Position numbers and translations under genes: made by a program. A stretch of 64,000 nucleotides of DNA from a virus: positions 64,001-128,000 of IMG/VR virus record IMGVR_UViG_3300012039_000002, one strand, 5' to 3'. Below the pieces are notes generated by a model. The model saw only the letters and a list, made by a program, of their open reading frames with translations, was not told the origin of the DNA and made no database searches. Numbering within the stretch: the first letter of the stretch is position 1; each line of letters begins with the position of its first letter. Shown piece by piece: positions 1 to 9,438 of the stretch.

Positions 1-1457
1 GCTTGAGCATAGACAGGGTTGAGGATAATATCGCCCTGAGGAAGTTCTTTATAGCCGTACTGGGCTCTAAGTTCATTAACTGTCTTGAGGTATTCGACTT
101 CCTGTCTTTCAAGAGCAATCTTCTGAGATTCAATAAGGTCAGTGTAGCCGTAGAACGAAAATTCAAATTGATCATCTGTAAGCGGACCAACGACGTATTT
201 ATTTATAGTGGCTTCAATGAATCTAAGCAACGGCACTAGGCCCTTGTCTTTCGAGAACTTAATTCTTTCAAGTGCTGAGCTATCATTAAGAGATCTTGAC
301 TGGCCAGAGACGCCACCCTTATTAGGGAAGTTGATTTCAACAGGGTCGATCTGATAAACACCGCAAATGACGTTTACAAGATATTCTAACCATCTACCGA
401 ATTCCATGTCCCTATTTGACTGGCCCAAGTTGATCCAATCAATTCCGCCTTCGGAAGCAATAATAGGAGTCTTCCAAGCATTGGCAACTCCGGTTATCTG
501 GGCATGCCAAGCTCTACGGAAAGCGTCGAGCTCTTCTCTTGGTACATTGGCTCCCTTAACGTTAAGAATGCCTTTTGGAGTAGATCCTTGAGTGAACCAC
601 CGCTTGTTATGCTCTTCACCATAGATCTGCGCAGAGATGTAGTTCAGAGCCATCTCTATTTCGGATATGCCATAACCATTGGCTTTTATGTCTGTTGTAG
701 CATTACGAATAGCAAACGCCATTTCATCATAAGCGTAGGCCGTATAGAGATTGCCGTCAATGAATTGGACATAATAGATGCCCTTTTCAATCTTAGTCTT
801 GGGATCGGCTAATCTTATGGTTCCCGCATCAACCGCGTAAATGGCCGAGGGCCTGCCGGTGTAAGGATCTTTTACAATTTCAAAACAAAGCTGGTCAAAC
901 GTCAGCGTGTCTCTTACTATCTTTCTGAGAAACGTTTGGAAGTTGTCTCTTTGAGGATCTCTTAATCTTGTAGTGGGCGTGCCGCAGTCGCCAATGAAAT
1001 TAGTTAAGTCCATGACTTTCTTGATTTCATCTGGCGTGAGAGAAGGCACTTTCAGATTGGGATTAGCCTGCTTTTGTAGATATTGAAACTTCTTGTTCTT
1101 AGGATAGACAGTATAGCCTATTCTATCGTTTGGCATTATGTATGGCGTAGCAAACATAGCGCACTGATTAATTCGAGTGTTGATGATGGAGGCTATGACG
1201 CCGTTTCTGTATGAGACTTTTCTTAGTAACTGATAGCTTAGAGCCCATGAAGCGTTCTTGGTTTTGAACTGTAGATAATCAAGAACAAATAGAGGGTCGT
1301 AAAACTTAGTTACTGGTGCCGGGTCTCTTGCATCTTGCTTGTCTAGAATCTTCCCACCTGAGAGCGCTACTTTTGTGGCTTTCTCTAGGGCTTCATCGAT
1401 CCCGCCGTTTACCATAGCGAGTTCTAGACTAACATCTGTTTTCTTTCTTCGTCCCAT
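1..1457 (-). CDS. Portal protein (SPO1/Twort-like), truncated at window start; missing from ORF track
   Basis: My translation from ATG at 1457 is open to the edge: MGRRKKTDVSLELAMVNGGIDEALEKA...IASIINTRINQ...FLRKIVRDTLTFDQLCFEI...NGYGISEIE...WFTQGSTPKGIL...DMEFGRWLEYLVNVICGVYQIDPVEINF...SKDKGLVPLL...TVNELRA. These are portal-type motifs, and the gene lies directly downstream of terL. Confidence 0.93.
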   Translation of the reverse strand, partial: MGRRKKTDVSLELAMVNGGIDEALEKATKVALSGGKILDKQDARDPAPVTKFYDPLFVLDYLQFKTKNASWALSYQLLRKVSYRNGVIASIINTRINQCAMFATPYIMPNDRIGYTVYPKNKKFQYLQKQANPNLKVPSLTPDEIKKVMDLTNFIGDCGTPTTRLRDPQRDNFQTFLRKIVRDTLTFDQLCFEIVKDPYTGRPSAIYAVDAGTIRLADPKTKIEKGIYYVQFIDGNLYTAYAYDEMAFAIRNATTDIKANGYGISEIEMALNYISAQIYGEEHNKRWFTQGSTPKGILNVKGANVPREELDAFRRAWHAQITGVANAWKTPIIASEGGIDWINLGQSNRDMEFGRWLEYLVNVICGVYQIDPVEINFPNKGGVSGQSRSLNDSSALERIKFSKDKGLVPLLRFIEATINKYVVGPLTDDQFEFSFYGYTDLIESQKIALERQEVEYLKTVNELRAQYGYKELPQGDIILNPVYAQ

Positions 1458-1461
1458 TTAA

Positions 1462-3246
1462 TTACTTCTCCGTTGTTATGTATTTCATCCAATCAATAGT
1501 CTCGGGATCACCCACCGTGATATTGTGATCTAGTGGGTGCAAATAGTTGTCATCGTATAACAATTTTTGTCTATCGTAAACTGAGGGCTTTTGCTGCGTA
1601 TCCGAAACACCAATCCCAAAGGCATCTTTATTAACAAATGAAAAGGACGAACTGTTTCTCTCATTCATTAAGACGAAACCGCCTACAGCAGCTGCAATTA
1701 TACTGTCATCGTGTTTTCCTTCGGAAGCCTGTGGTTTCCCGTTGGGACCGTAAACAAATGACAGCGCTTGATCGAGCCATGTCTTACTGTAAATTACTAG
1801 CATATTGTTGCGAAGTGCTTCTGCGGCGGTGTCTAAGATAAGAGGCCGAGTAACACTGCTTGATACAAAACCTGGCTTACCATCTTTAGCAAAGTAAACA
1901 CTCGGATATTTGTCAAGAATCTTAATTTGATCTTGTAAATAACCGTTTGTGGCCCAATAATTAAGCAGGTGCCCGTGGTTGTTTCTTTCTATAACTAGTT
2001 TTGGGAAGTTGTATTGAGCGCACATATGATACAACAACTTGTAGAATTTTGGCATAGTTAGCTTGTCGGCTATTTCAGCACAAAACTCCACAAATATTGG
2101 ATCTTTATTTAGTCGTAAGATGTATGCAGTTGAGTTGTCTGATTGCGGGTTGCCTTCTGCAGGGTCGGCACATGCTACGTACGTCTCTCCTTGTTTGAAT
2201 TCTTTGTAGATAGTAATCTTGTCGTCCATTTGTTTCTTAGACCAACCTGGCTCTATGATGACGCCTTGGTTGTTCTTCTTATCCCAAGTCTTGCCTTGTT
2301 CGTTCCATAAAATTATCGACTTGATGATTTTGGCATCAAAGAACGGTCTACCAGATGAGATAAAGCAAGTAGCATCATCTTCTGGATATTCTTGGACAAA
2401 CTTGTCTTTCAGCGAGGCTTGCTTAGATCTTCTCCAAGCTATTTGCTCGTGAGAAAGATGATGAACGTTGATCATTAATTTTTCATCATCGGTAAGAGTC
2501 TCAATGATATATTGTTCTTCCGATTTTTCGAGCGGGTAAAAATACTCTGGATGATCGAACCATCTATAGAAGTGAGGATACGGAATCTGATTTAGTTTTC
2601 TATCTAGAGCGCTAGTATTCTTAGCGTTAGTATAGTCTGTATGGAAGTGGTTGTAGCCATTAGCCGTCGTTTCATAGATGATGATACCACTCTTAGGCAC
2701 TGTTTCAAGCAACGAAGGCATTAATTCTTCAGGACGCTCCCAGAAAGCATATTCAGAAGCGTGCAACAAGTTAATAGTTGTGCCTCGGCCAAAGCCAACT
2801 GATCCAGCTGTACCAATGAAAATTTTGCTGCCGATGTCTTCAAACACAATTTCTCTCTTTGAAGAATATCTCTTAGCGGGTCTAATTTCATCGGGAAGCT
2901 TTTCATACATCAGCTTGGTGATTTCAAAGATTCTAGCAGTAGATTCGGCATCGTGAGCAATAATTGCAGCTGTAGTGTTCGGAACTAAAATACATTCCGT
3001 CAAGAACAAGGCGCATATTAATGTGGTGAAACCTAACTGGCGGGGCTTGAGGATGATATGCCTGTCTACACCTTCGTTGTTTAACTCGACGTACTTAGAA
3101 TAGAACATCTTCTGAATAGGGTTGAATACGAAAGGGACGATATAGCGGTCTTTGTCCTTAATACTTATAAATGTTTCTATAAAGTATTGATGGTCGGAGA
3201 GCGCTTTCTGAACTATCTCGTCGGGATTCAATGCGGCTTCGTTCAT
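1462..3246 (-). CDS. terL: Terminase large subunit
   Basis: ATPase motifs ILKPRQLGFTT, GRGTTINLLHASE and YETTANG; nuclease motifs ADPAEG...DNS, IERNNHG and KHDDSIIA. Confidence 0.97.
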   Translation of the reverse strand: MNEAALNPDEIVQKALSDHQYFIETFISIKDKDRYIVPFVFNPIQKMFYSKYVELNNEGVDRHIILKPRQLGFTTLICALFLTECILVPNTTAAIIAHDAESTARIFEITKLMYEKLPDEIRPAKRYSSKREIVFEDIGSKIFIGTAGSVGFGRGTTINLLHASEYAFWERPEELMPSLLETVPKSGIIIYETTANGYNHFHTDYTNAKNTSALDRKLNQIPYPHFYRWFDHPEYFYPLEKSEEQYIIETLTDDEKLMINVHHLSHEQIAWRRSKQASLKDKFVQEYPEDDATCFISSGRPFFDAKIIKSIILWNEQGKTWDKKNNQGVIIEPGWSKKQMDDKITIYKEFKQGETYVACADPAEGNPQSDNSTAYILRLNKDPIFVEFCAEIADKLTMPKFYKLLYHMCAQYNFPKLVIERNNHGHLLNYWATNGYLQDQIKILDKYPSVYFAKDGKPGFVSSSVTRPLILDTAAEALRNNMLVIYSKTWLDQALSFVYGPNGKPQASEGKHDDSIIAAAVGGFVLMNERNSSSFSFVNKDAFGIGVSDTQQKPSVYDRQKLLYDDNYLHPLDHNITVGDPETIDWMKYITTEK

Positions 3247-3620
3247 ATCAACATCAGCTTTCTACTTAATTTTACGGGATCATTAATCTCATGCTCCCAA
3301 ATTATGATGACTCTCCATCCACACCGCTCAAAACGACTAATTCGTTGCATCGTTTTGTACAGCGGCTCGTTTTTGTGCCAATAATCACCGTACACTTCAA
3401 CAACAAGTTTCCGAGTTTTATTAATGAAATCCGGTCTAAGGTTATCGATCTTGAAGGATCCGTCTCCGGTAAAAACAAAGGCTGAACCAAGAACTTGTTG
3501 TAGTTTCCGTTCCAAGCCGTTGGGCCCTGCTCTTCTAGGCCGTCTTTTGATTTGGCTGAGTTGACGTCTGGCTCGAAGAATCTTTTCAATGTCATACTCG
3601 TACCTATAATCTTTAACCAC
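3243..3620 (-). CDS. Vsr/DUF559-like (PD-(D/E)xK) endonuclease, probably a free-standing homing endonuclease
   Basis: RPDF...VVEVYGDYWH...GWRVIIIWEHEI pattern; overlaps both neighbouring genes. Confidence 0.8.
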   Translation of the reverse strand: MVKDYRYEYDIEKILRARRQLSQIKRRPRRAGPNGLERKLQQVLGSAFVFTGDGSFKIDNLRPDFINKTRKLVVEVYGDYWHKNEPLYKTMQRISRFERCGWRVIIIWEHEINDPVKLSRKLMLI

Positions 3621-4224
3621 TTAAGCCTCTTGAGGCCCTCTGGTTGATGATCATTTGCGACAAAGTTACGGTGCCTCCGCCTGCTACGACTCCCGCTGCA
3701 GCCTCACCCAACGCTTTACCGAAACTTGGAGATGAAACTTTCTGATCTTCAAGAAGTCTAGCTGCGTGCTCTAATACAAGCGCGGCTGCGTTTAGCCGAG
3801 TTTTGTCTTCATCAGCATGGACAGTCAGTTCTGCTAGAGCGTCCATTGCTGAATCCACTTGTTTGAGAACTTTTGAGAGGATGAGGGTTTTCTGATCTTC
3901 TGCTATGCGACGCTTGACATCAACGAACTCGTCTGATGTAACTATTTCTTTATATCTATTCTGAGAAATGTTCACAACTTTACATATAGTATCTTTTGTT
4001 TCACTGGAGAACTGGAGAGCGGCTACTTGCTCACAATGCGCGGCGAACTGATCATCTTCAAGTACTGCCACATCGCTTTGAGCGTCAAATTTGTCAACTA
4101 AAGCTAGCTCGGGTGTCTTTTCTACAACTTCTGTCTTCTGTTGCACTAACTGATTAAGAGTATCTAGTGTGCCTCTTATCTTGCGAATGCTATCATTCTG
4201 TTGCTTCCTAATATCATTGCCCAT
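3613..4224 (-). CDS. Probable terminase small subunit
   Basis: Helical 203-aa protein upstream of terL; the call is mostly positional. Confidence 0.55.
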   Translation of the reverse strand: MGNDIRKQQNDSIRKIRGTLDTLNQLVQQKTEVVEKTPELALVDKFDAQSDVAVLEDDQFAAHCEQVAALQFSSETKDTICKVVNISQNRYKEIVTSDEFVDVKRRIAEDQKTLILSKVLKQVDSAMDALAELTVHADEDKTRLNAAALVLEHAARLLEDQKVSSPSFGKALGEAAAGVVAGGGTVTLSQMIINQRASRGLSG

Positions 4225-4383
4225 TTTAAACCTCTTTAGTCGTAACCATTCAATTGATTCAGCTATTGGTTTTGGTTACCATCATCTCTATGAAGTCTTG
4301 AAACCATTATACACATTCGTACGTCTTCGAGTTAGTAGCTCGGAAAAATAGTTTTAGAGCTCTGTACGATTGATCGACAAATG

Positions 4384-4391
4384 ATAAATTA
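4384..4391 (-). promoter_or_regulatory. Candidate late-promoter motif TAATTTAT facing the packaging operon
   Basis: Reverse complement of ataaatta in the divergent intergenic region; same core as the motifs at 15758, 34878 and 58486. Confidence 0.35.
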
Positions 4392-4483
4392 GCTTGCAAT
4401 CACGGATAAATCGAGGAATTTCTCTTAATATAGTACCTGTCTACGTGTTTTATTTGTTACATTTTACCGAAAGAAGGTGGACG

Positions 4484-5437
4484 ATGTCGGAAGAACTCAA
4501 TGACCTATTTTCTTTTTATATCGAAAACATCGAATTTAAAGAAGAACAGCTCGACAAAGCTTTCATTGATCAATACAAGCGCATCGACTTAGATAAGTCG
4601 ACTGGTCGAATTGTTGCAGGTTACGCATCAACACCCGATTTAGATTCTGACGGAGAGACTATTGTTCAGAAGGGCTTAGACATATCATATTATCAGAAGT
4701 CTGGCTGGCTGAATTATATGCATAACAACAATCCGTCCCATGTAATCGGTATTCCTATTGAGTCTTATATTGATAGCAAGGGTTTCTACACAAAAGCGAT
4801 GCTGCTTAATAACGATATGGCGAATGATGTTTGGAAACTCGAACAACAGCTCAAGTCTTTAGGCTATCCCCGTCACTTAGGTTTCTCGATAGAAGGCAAA
4901 GTAGTTGGCCGATCTGCCGTAAATAAATCAAAAATCATCAAGGCTAAAGTCACGAATGTTGCTATTACGCACATTCCCGTGAATACATTTGCGACGTTTG
5001 AAACAGTCTCGAAGTCTTTTGTTCCTCCGACTTACGACGAAGTGGTCGGCTATATAATGAAAGACCTCCCGTTAAAGAAAGACTTGGCGGCATTGAGTGC
5101 CTCACCCGGTCTCAATGCTGGTAGTAGTTTTGGAAGCGACAACTATACTGGTGGCGAAGTTTTGAGAACAGAGTCACTAGAAGGCGCAAATGCAAACGCT
5201 TACAAAGGGAAAGCAGTCACAGGGAACGATAGAACGTCCGAACAAGAACTTGATGAACGTCTCAACTCAGCCTACCGTAGTGCTCACAAATCCCATTCAG
5301 AATTAATAACTTTACTAAAGGCTGTCCACCCTGCAGCCTCTGAAAACTTGTTAGAAGAGATCACTAATCTCGTCTATAAGGCAAAGGGTATCGACAATTT
5401 TATCAAAATAATTAGCGAATCAGAGGTATTAAAGTAA
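4484..5437 (+). CDS. Prohead (capsid maturation) protease
   Basis: GYASTPDLDSDGETIVQKGLD, LNYMHNN, GFSIEG and VAITHIPVN (HK97/herpes-fold serine protease). Start moved to ATG 4484, which follows GAAGGTGG. Confidence 0.92.
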   Translation: MSEELNDLFSFYIENIEFKEEQLDKAFIDQYKRIDLDKSTGRIVAGYASTPDLDSDGETIVQKGLDISYYQKSGWLNYMHNNNPSHVIGIPIESYIDSKGFYTKAMLLNNDMANDVWKLEQQLKSLGYPRHLGFSIEGKVVGRSAVNKSKIIKAKVTNVAITHIPVNTFATFETVSKSFVPPTYDEVVGYIMKDLPLKKDLAALSASPGLNAGSSFGSDNYTGGEVLRTESLEGANANAYKGKAVTGNDRTSEQELDERLNSAYRSAHKSHSELITLLKAVHPAASENLLEEITNLVYKAKGIDNFIKIISESEVLK

Positions 5438-5488
5438 AAACTCGTTGTTTTTTACTAATTTAATACTCGTTACACGGAGGAAAAGTGA

Positions 5489-6451
5489 ATGTCTCTTATT
5501 AAAGTGATGGAAGATCTTATCGCAAAAGCCCAGGGTTATGATACCAAGCACACGGGCTCTGGCGGTCCTGCTGAGGCGGTAGCACACTCAGTGCAGGGCG
5601 CTCCTTCGGGCGATGAAAGCAAGAAGGAAAAGAATGCGGCCAATTCTGGAACGCATATCAAGAGTGGCGGCACGCCTGGTTCAAGCAATCGACCTGAAGG
5701 CGGGGAAGATTTCAAGGACGGCGGAGCTGCTGAAGACGAAATTCAGACGCCTAAGGGTTCTGGTGGAAGGGCTCCTCAAGCTCGTCCCGGCACAATTAAG
5801 CACGAAGGTGGTCAGGGTGGTGCAACACTCTCTGCCAAGTCTGAAGGCGAAGCCGATCTCGAAAAGGGATTCCCTCCTGCTGAAAAGAAGGATGACGACA
5901 AGGGCTCCGACGAAAAGGGCGAATCAAAGGAAGATGAAAAGAAGGAACACGAAGGCGGAGATGACAAGGACGACAAGGATGAAAAGTCCGAGAAGTCAGT
6001 CGAGTCCGGTGAAGTTCTTCTTGATATCGATGAGTTCGCAACAGAAATTACAAAGTCAGTAACCGAAAAGGTTCTTGCTTTTATGGAAGAAAAGTTCGGC
6101 GAAACAGTTCAGAAATCAAAGGATTCAGAATACATCGAAGCAGGGTTGGCTAAGTCAATTGCCGCCACGCTTGATAGAGTTGAAGAACTCGAAAAGGCAG
6201 TTGTTAATGTAGCTAACGCTATGAATATTAGAAAGTCACTTCTCAAGTCATCTGACAACATCAAGGGAATTGACAACCCATCTCTTAACAAGACTTCTTT
6301 GACTAAGAGTGAGGTTTCTAGTAAGCTGCTCGACATGCAAATGTCCGGCCAGTTCGGTGTAGACACAAATATGGTTCTCAAATTTGACGGCACGGGCGAT
6401 TACTCAGTACTGCCCCCAGTAGTCAAAAGCAAACTTGGCATAGAAGAATAA
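5489..6451 (+). CDS. Scaffolding protein
   Basis: Acidic, low-complexity protein with a coiled coil and many KS/KA sites, lying between protease and capsid; GGAGG RBS. Confidence 0.75.
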   Translation: MSLIKVMEDLIAKAQGYDTKHTGSGGPAEAVAHSVQGAPSGDESKKEKNAANSGTHIKSGGTPGSSNRPEGGEDFKDGGAAEDEIQTPKGSGGRAPQARPGTIKHEGGQGGATLSAKSEGEADLEKGFPPAEKKDDDKGSDEKGESKEDEKKEHEGGDDKDDKDEKSEKSVESGEVLLDIDEFATEITKSVTEKVLAFMEEKFGETVQKSKDSEYIEAGLAKSIAATLDRVEELEKAVVNVANAMNIRKSLLKSSDNIKGIDNPSLNKTSLTKSEVSSKLLDMQMSGQFGVDTNMVLKFDGTGDYSVLPPVVKSKLGIEE

Positions 6452-6478
6452 TAGTTCACTCAGGAGGAACGCTAAACA

Positions 6479-7942
6479 ATGGATGAAGTACAGGGTTTTG
6501 GATTAGGATCCATGCAGGATGTCCAGGCCATTAACAAGGCCGTTGACTCGTTGTATAACGCGGGCACGGGAACCGGTTTGGCAGCTGGAGCTTCTTTTGG
6601 TTCCGACAATTATGGTAGCACTGGTGCGCAGTCCCTCAGAGTTGAATCTCTGGACTCGTCACTCAAGGTTATCACGTTCACTGATAAGCACATCAACTTC
6701 TGGAAAGACATTCCGAAGTCACCTGCTTATTCAACGGTTGAAGAATACAACCAGTTAACCTCTTACGGCTCGCAGACGGGCGGATTTGTTTCTGAAGGCG
6801 AATTGCCATATCAGACAAACTCCGACTACGCCAGACGAGCAGCTCTGGTCAAGTTCGTTGGAACGACCAGATCAGTAAGCCACCCATTAACCTTGGTCCG
6901 TACGATGGTTCCTGATGTTATTGCGCAGGAAAACTCAAATGGTATCATGTGGATGCTCCGCCAGATTGAAAATTCTCTCTTCTGGGGCAACGATGTGGGT
7001 CTTACGGGTGAATACGTGGAATGGGCGGGCCTTGATAAGCTTCTTGGCGTAGGTCCAAACACGACTTCCGGTACAGGCGCTGGTAACACCTTCGACCTCC
7101 GCGGAACAACTTTCTCCTCAACTCCTTTCACGACAATCGTCAATGACTTGGCACAGACAGTAGTTGATAACTTCGGTTTCCCAACTGACATTTATCTTCC
7201 ATTCCCTGTCCTTGCAAAGATCAACGAAGAGTTCGCTGGAACCGCTGCACAGAGAGTAATTCTCCCAACAGCCTCTGGTAATACTCAGGTCAACATTAAC
7301 ATTGACGGCCTTATGACTCAGGCTGGTCGAGTTAATCTCAAGCCAACCTTCTTCTTGCAGAAGACAAGAGTAGTTCCTGGTGCCGGTGACGGCGCTGCTA
7401 AGGTTCTTAAGTCTGGCGCTCTTGCGGTCGGAGGTACTTCTGTCACTATGTCAGCTGCAGGTACTCCTACAACTGGCTACTCAGTGGCTGCTGGTGACTA
7501 TGAAGGATCAGTCACTTTCAGAAACAAGTATGGTGAATCCGGCTCCGTCGCTCAGGGCGGTGGTACAATCACCACAAGCGGAACTAACACTCTTAGATTC
7601 GCTATCACAGCTCCTCCAACCGATGCAGAATTCGTAGACCTCTTCATCACTCAGGTCGACGACGCTGCTGGCGTGAAGTATTGGGTTCAGACAATGGCCC
7701 TTACTACAATAGCTGCAGGCCCAACTAACTACGATTACAATGGTATTCGTATGCCTAACACCTATACCTGCTTCATCGGCCAGATGACTCCTGACGTTCT
7801 TACCTTCCGTCAGTTGGCTCCGCTGGTAAAGATGGATCTAGCAACGATCGCTCCGGCTTACAAGTGGATGATCCTGCTCTACGGTGTTCCTGTTCTCTTC
7901 GCTCCTTTGAAGTGGACCAGAGTTATTAACGTAAAGTATTAA
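6479..7942 (+). CDS. Major capsid protein (SPO1/Twort-type)
   Basis: SLRVESLDSSLKVITF, FWKDIPKSPAYSTVEEYNQ, IENSLFWGN, FGFPTDIYLP and QLAPLVKMDLA; AGGAGG RBS; strong terminator follows. Confidence 0.93.
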   Translation: MDEVQGFGLGSMQDVQAINKAVDSLYNAGTGTGLAAGASFGSDNYGSTGAQSLRVESLDSSLKVITFTDKHINFWKDIPKSPAYSTVEEYNQLTSYGSQTGGFVSEGELPYQTNSDYARRAALVKFVGTTRSVSHPLTLVRTMVPDVIAQENSNGIMWMLRQIENSLFWGNDVGLTGEYVEWAGLDKLLGVGPNTTSGTGAGNTFDLRGTTFSSTPFTTIVNDLAQTVVDNFGFPTDIYLPFPVLAKINEEFAGTAAQRVILPTASGNTQVNINIDGLMTQAGRVNLKPTFFLQKTRVVPGAGDGAAKVLKSGALAVGGTSVTMSAAGTPTTGYSVAAGDYEGSVTFRNKYGESGSVAQGGGTITTSGTNTLRFAITAPPTDAEFVDLFITQVDDAAGVKYWVQTMALTTIAAGPTNYDYNGIRMPNTYTCFIGQMTPDVLTFRQLAPLVKMDLATIAPAYKWMILLYGVPVLFAPLKWTRVINVKY

Positions 7943-8000
7943 TCCTACTTTACATAACAAGAACTGACAGCATAGTTACAAACAGCAACTGAATCATTCG

Positions 8001-8038
8001 AGGGGTCTTAATGGCACTGCTGTTAAGACCCCTTTTTT
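8001..8038 (+). terminator. Rho-independent terminator after the capsid gene
   Basis: AGGGGTCTTAA...TTAAGACCCCT stem followed by a T-run. Confidence 0.88.
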
Positions 8039-8065
8039 CTAGACTCGTAAAAAGGAGTTTCATAA

Positions 8066-8299
8066 ATGACTCTATATCCACAACCAGGGGACACAGTCGG
8101 CGTAGGCTATGTTATGTCGTCCTTTGTTAGAGGACCCGTCGGCCTGCAAGGATATTCAGGAGACAATTCTGGCTATTCTGGCATGCAGACTTCGGGCACA
8201 TCAGGTTATGGCACCTCAGGTTACTCCGGATTTTCAGGTGCAACTGGTGCTTCTGGTTACTCTGGTGTTGACGGCTCTTCTGGCTACTCTGGCTTCTAA
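8066..8299 (+). CDS. Small SGYSG-repeat protein 1 (candidate head fibre/decoration protein)
   Basis: AAGGAG RBS; N-terminal YPQPGDTVG, then G-x-S triplets. Confidence 0.7.
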   Translation: MTLYPQPGDTVGVGYVMSSFVRGPVGLQGYSGDNSGYSGMQTSGTSGYGTSGYSGFSGATGASGYSGVDGSSGYSGF

Positions 8300-8327
8300 A
8301 CGTACGACTCAAATTTGGAGGATTTAA

Positions 8328-8564
8328 ATGGGACAATATCCAGCAGCGGGTGATTCGGTAGGGTACTCCTACACGTCCCCTCTTATAGGACCACGAGGCA
8401 CTTCGGGCTATAGTGGTACTCTTGGTACAAGCGGTTACTCTGGAGGCATAGGCACGTCCGGCTATTCTGGTTCTGGTAGATCTGGATATTCTGGCGTAAC
8501 TGGTGCAACCGGTACTTCCGGCTACTCCGGTACCGATGGTACTTCAGGTTACTCAGGCGTCTAA
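8328..8564 (+). CDS. Small SGYSG-repeat protein 2 (paralog of 8066)
   Basis: GGAGG RBS; N-terminal YPAAGDSVG, then GTSGYSG repeats. Confidence 0.7.
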   Translation: MGQYPAAGDSVGYSYTSPLIGPRGTSGYSGTLGTSGYSGGIGTSGYSGSGRSGYSGVTGATGTSGYSGTDGTSGYSGV

Positions 8565-8572
8565 TAATGTGA

Positions 8573-8603
8573 AGGGGCCCTCTTACGAGGGCCCCTCGCT
8601 TTA
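8573..8603 (+). terminator. Probable terminator hairpin
   Basis: GGGGCCCTC-TTAC-GAGGGCCCC perfect stem with a weak T tail. Confidence 0.65.
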
Positions 8604-8651
8604 ACCTGCGGCATTCTACTTGTCGCAATTTATTGCAAGGAGACAAGCAAT

Positions 8652-9011
8652 ATGGGAAACTATTTTAGAGTCGGGAATACAGTTGTAACACTAGAAGAAA
8701 AGATGCGTCTCACACCGGCGGACGTTAAGCGATACGAAGCGGATGCTGTAATTGCGGAAGCAAAGCGCCTCGAGAATATTCGCAGATCGCAAGGAATTGC
8801 TGCTCCGAAAAGCGTTACTCTTGATGTGACTCCGGCTGCTGTCGCTGCTCGTAAGACAGCAATTGCAGCTGAAGAAGCTAAGCTTGTAGCTGAAACAAAA
8901 GAAGTCGAAGTTGAGCTAGGGGAACCGGGTGCTAGTTTCTTGGCGGAAGGCGAAGAGACTTCAGACGTGCAGTCAAGAAGGGGCAGAAAACCTAAACAAG
9001 CAACTGTATAA
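8652..9011 (+). CDS. Hypothetical protein
   Basis: AAGGAG RBS; Ala/Glu-rich with a basic C-terminal tail (RRGRKPK). Confidence 0.6.
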   Translation: MGNYFRVGNTVVTLEEKMRLTPADVKRYEADAVIAEAKRLENIRRSQGIAAPKSVTLDVTPAAVAARKTAIAAEEAKLVAETKEVEVELGEPGASFLAEGEETSDVQSRRGRKPKQATV

Positions 9012-9051
9012 TTCAATTAAATAAACATAATGACATAGTTAGGAGCTAGTG

Positions 9052-9438
9052 ATGGCTGATGTGACTGGGGCTCATACTACGTTTCATCCCGTAGTGTCTC
9101 AAAATACTGAATCGGTTCTAAGACATAGGGCTAGATTTCAAACTAGTTCAGGCAGCAAGATCAATTTGCCTCTCATTACTGGAACTAGATACATTATATA
9201 TTCAGCGTATACTGCTGGAAAGCAGCTTACAATTGGTATCTCTACTGACGGCACTAATTATGTCAGCGGCAAGACTTACTTCGATTTCTCTCAGGCAGCA
9301 GGCCCTGTTGACTTGACAAAATTCTTTTCTTCAACTCCCTTTACTCAATACACACCGCCAACAGCTACTGACGTTTATTTGCTCATCAAAACTGATGCTG
9401 GCGAATTCACTGTTTCTATCGTTGAGTACAAAGTGTAA
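9052..9438 (+). CDS. Hypothetical beta-rich protein (possibly virion)
   Basis: AGGAG RBS before ATG 9052; TAATG coupling to the next gene. Confidence 0.55.
   Translation: MADVTGAHTTFHPVVSQNTESVLRHRARFQTSSGSKINLPLITGTRYIIYSAYTAGKQLTIGISTDGTNYVSGKTYFDFSQAAGPVDLTKFFSSTPFTQYTPPTATDVYLLIKTDAGEFTVSIVEYKV

Noticed and set aside
3-812. Short plus-strand ORFs at the window start
   Set aside because: They are antisense to the portal gene, which occupies 1-1457 on the minus strand.
1462-3620. Group I intron or intein in terL
   Set aside because: terL is continuous and of normal length with all motifs; the endonuclease lies outside it.
4394-4483. Longer TTG start for the protease given in the ORF track
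   Set aside because: No RBS; ATG 4484 has one, and the extension covers the likely promoter region.
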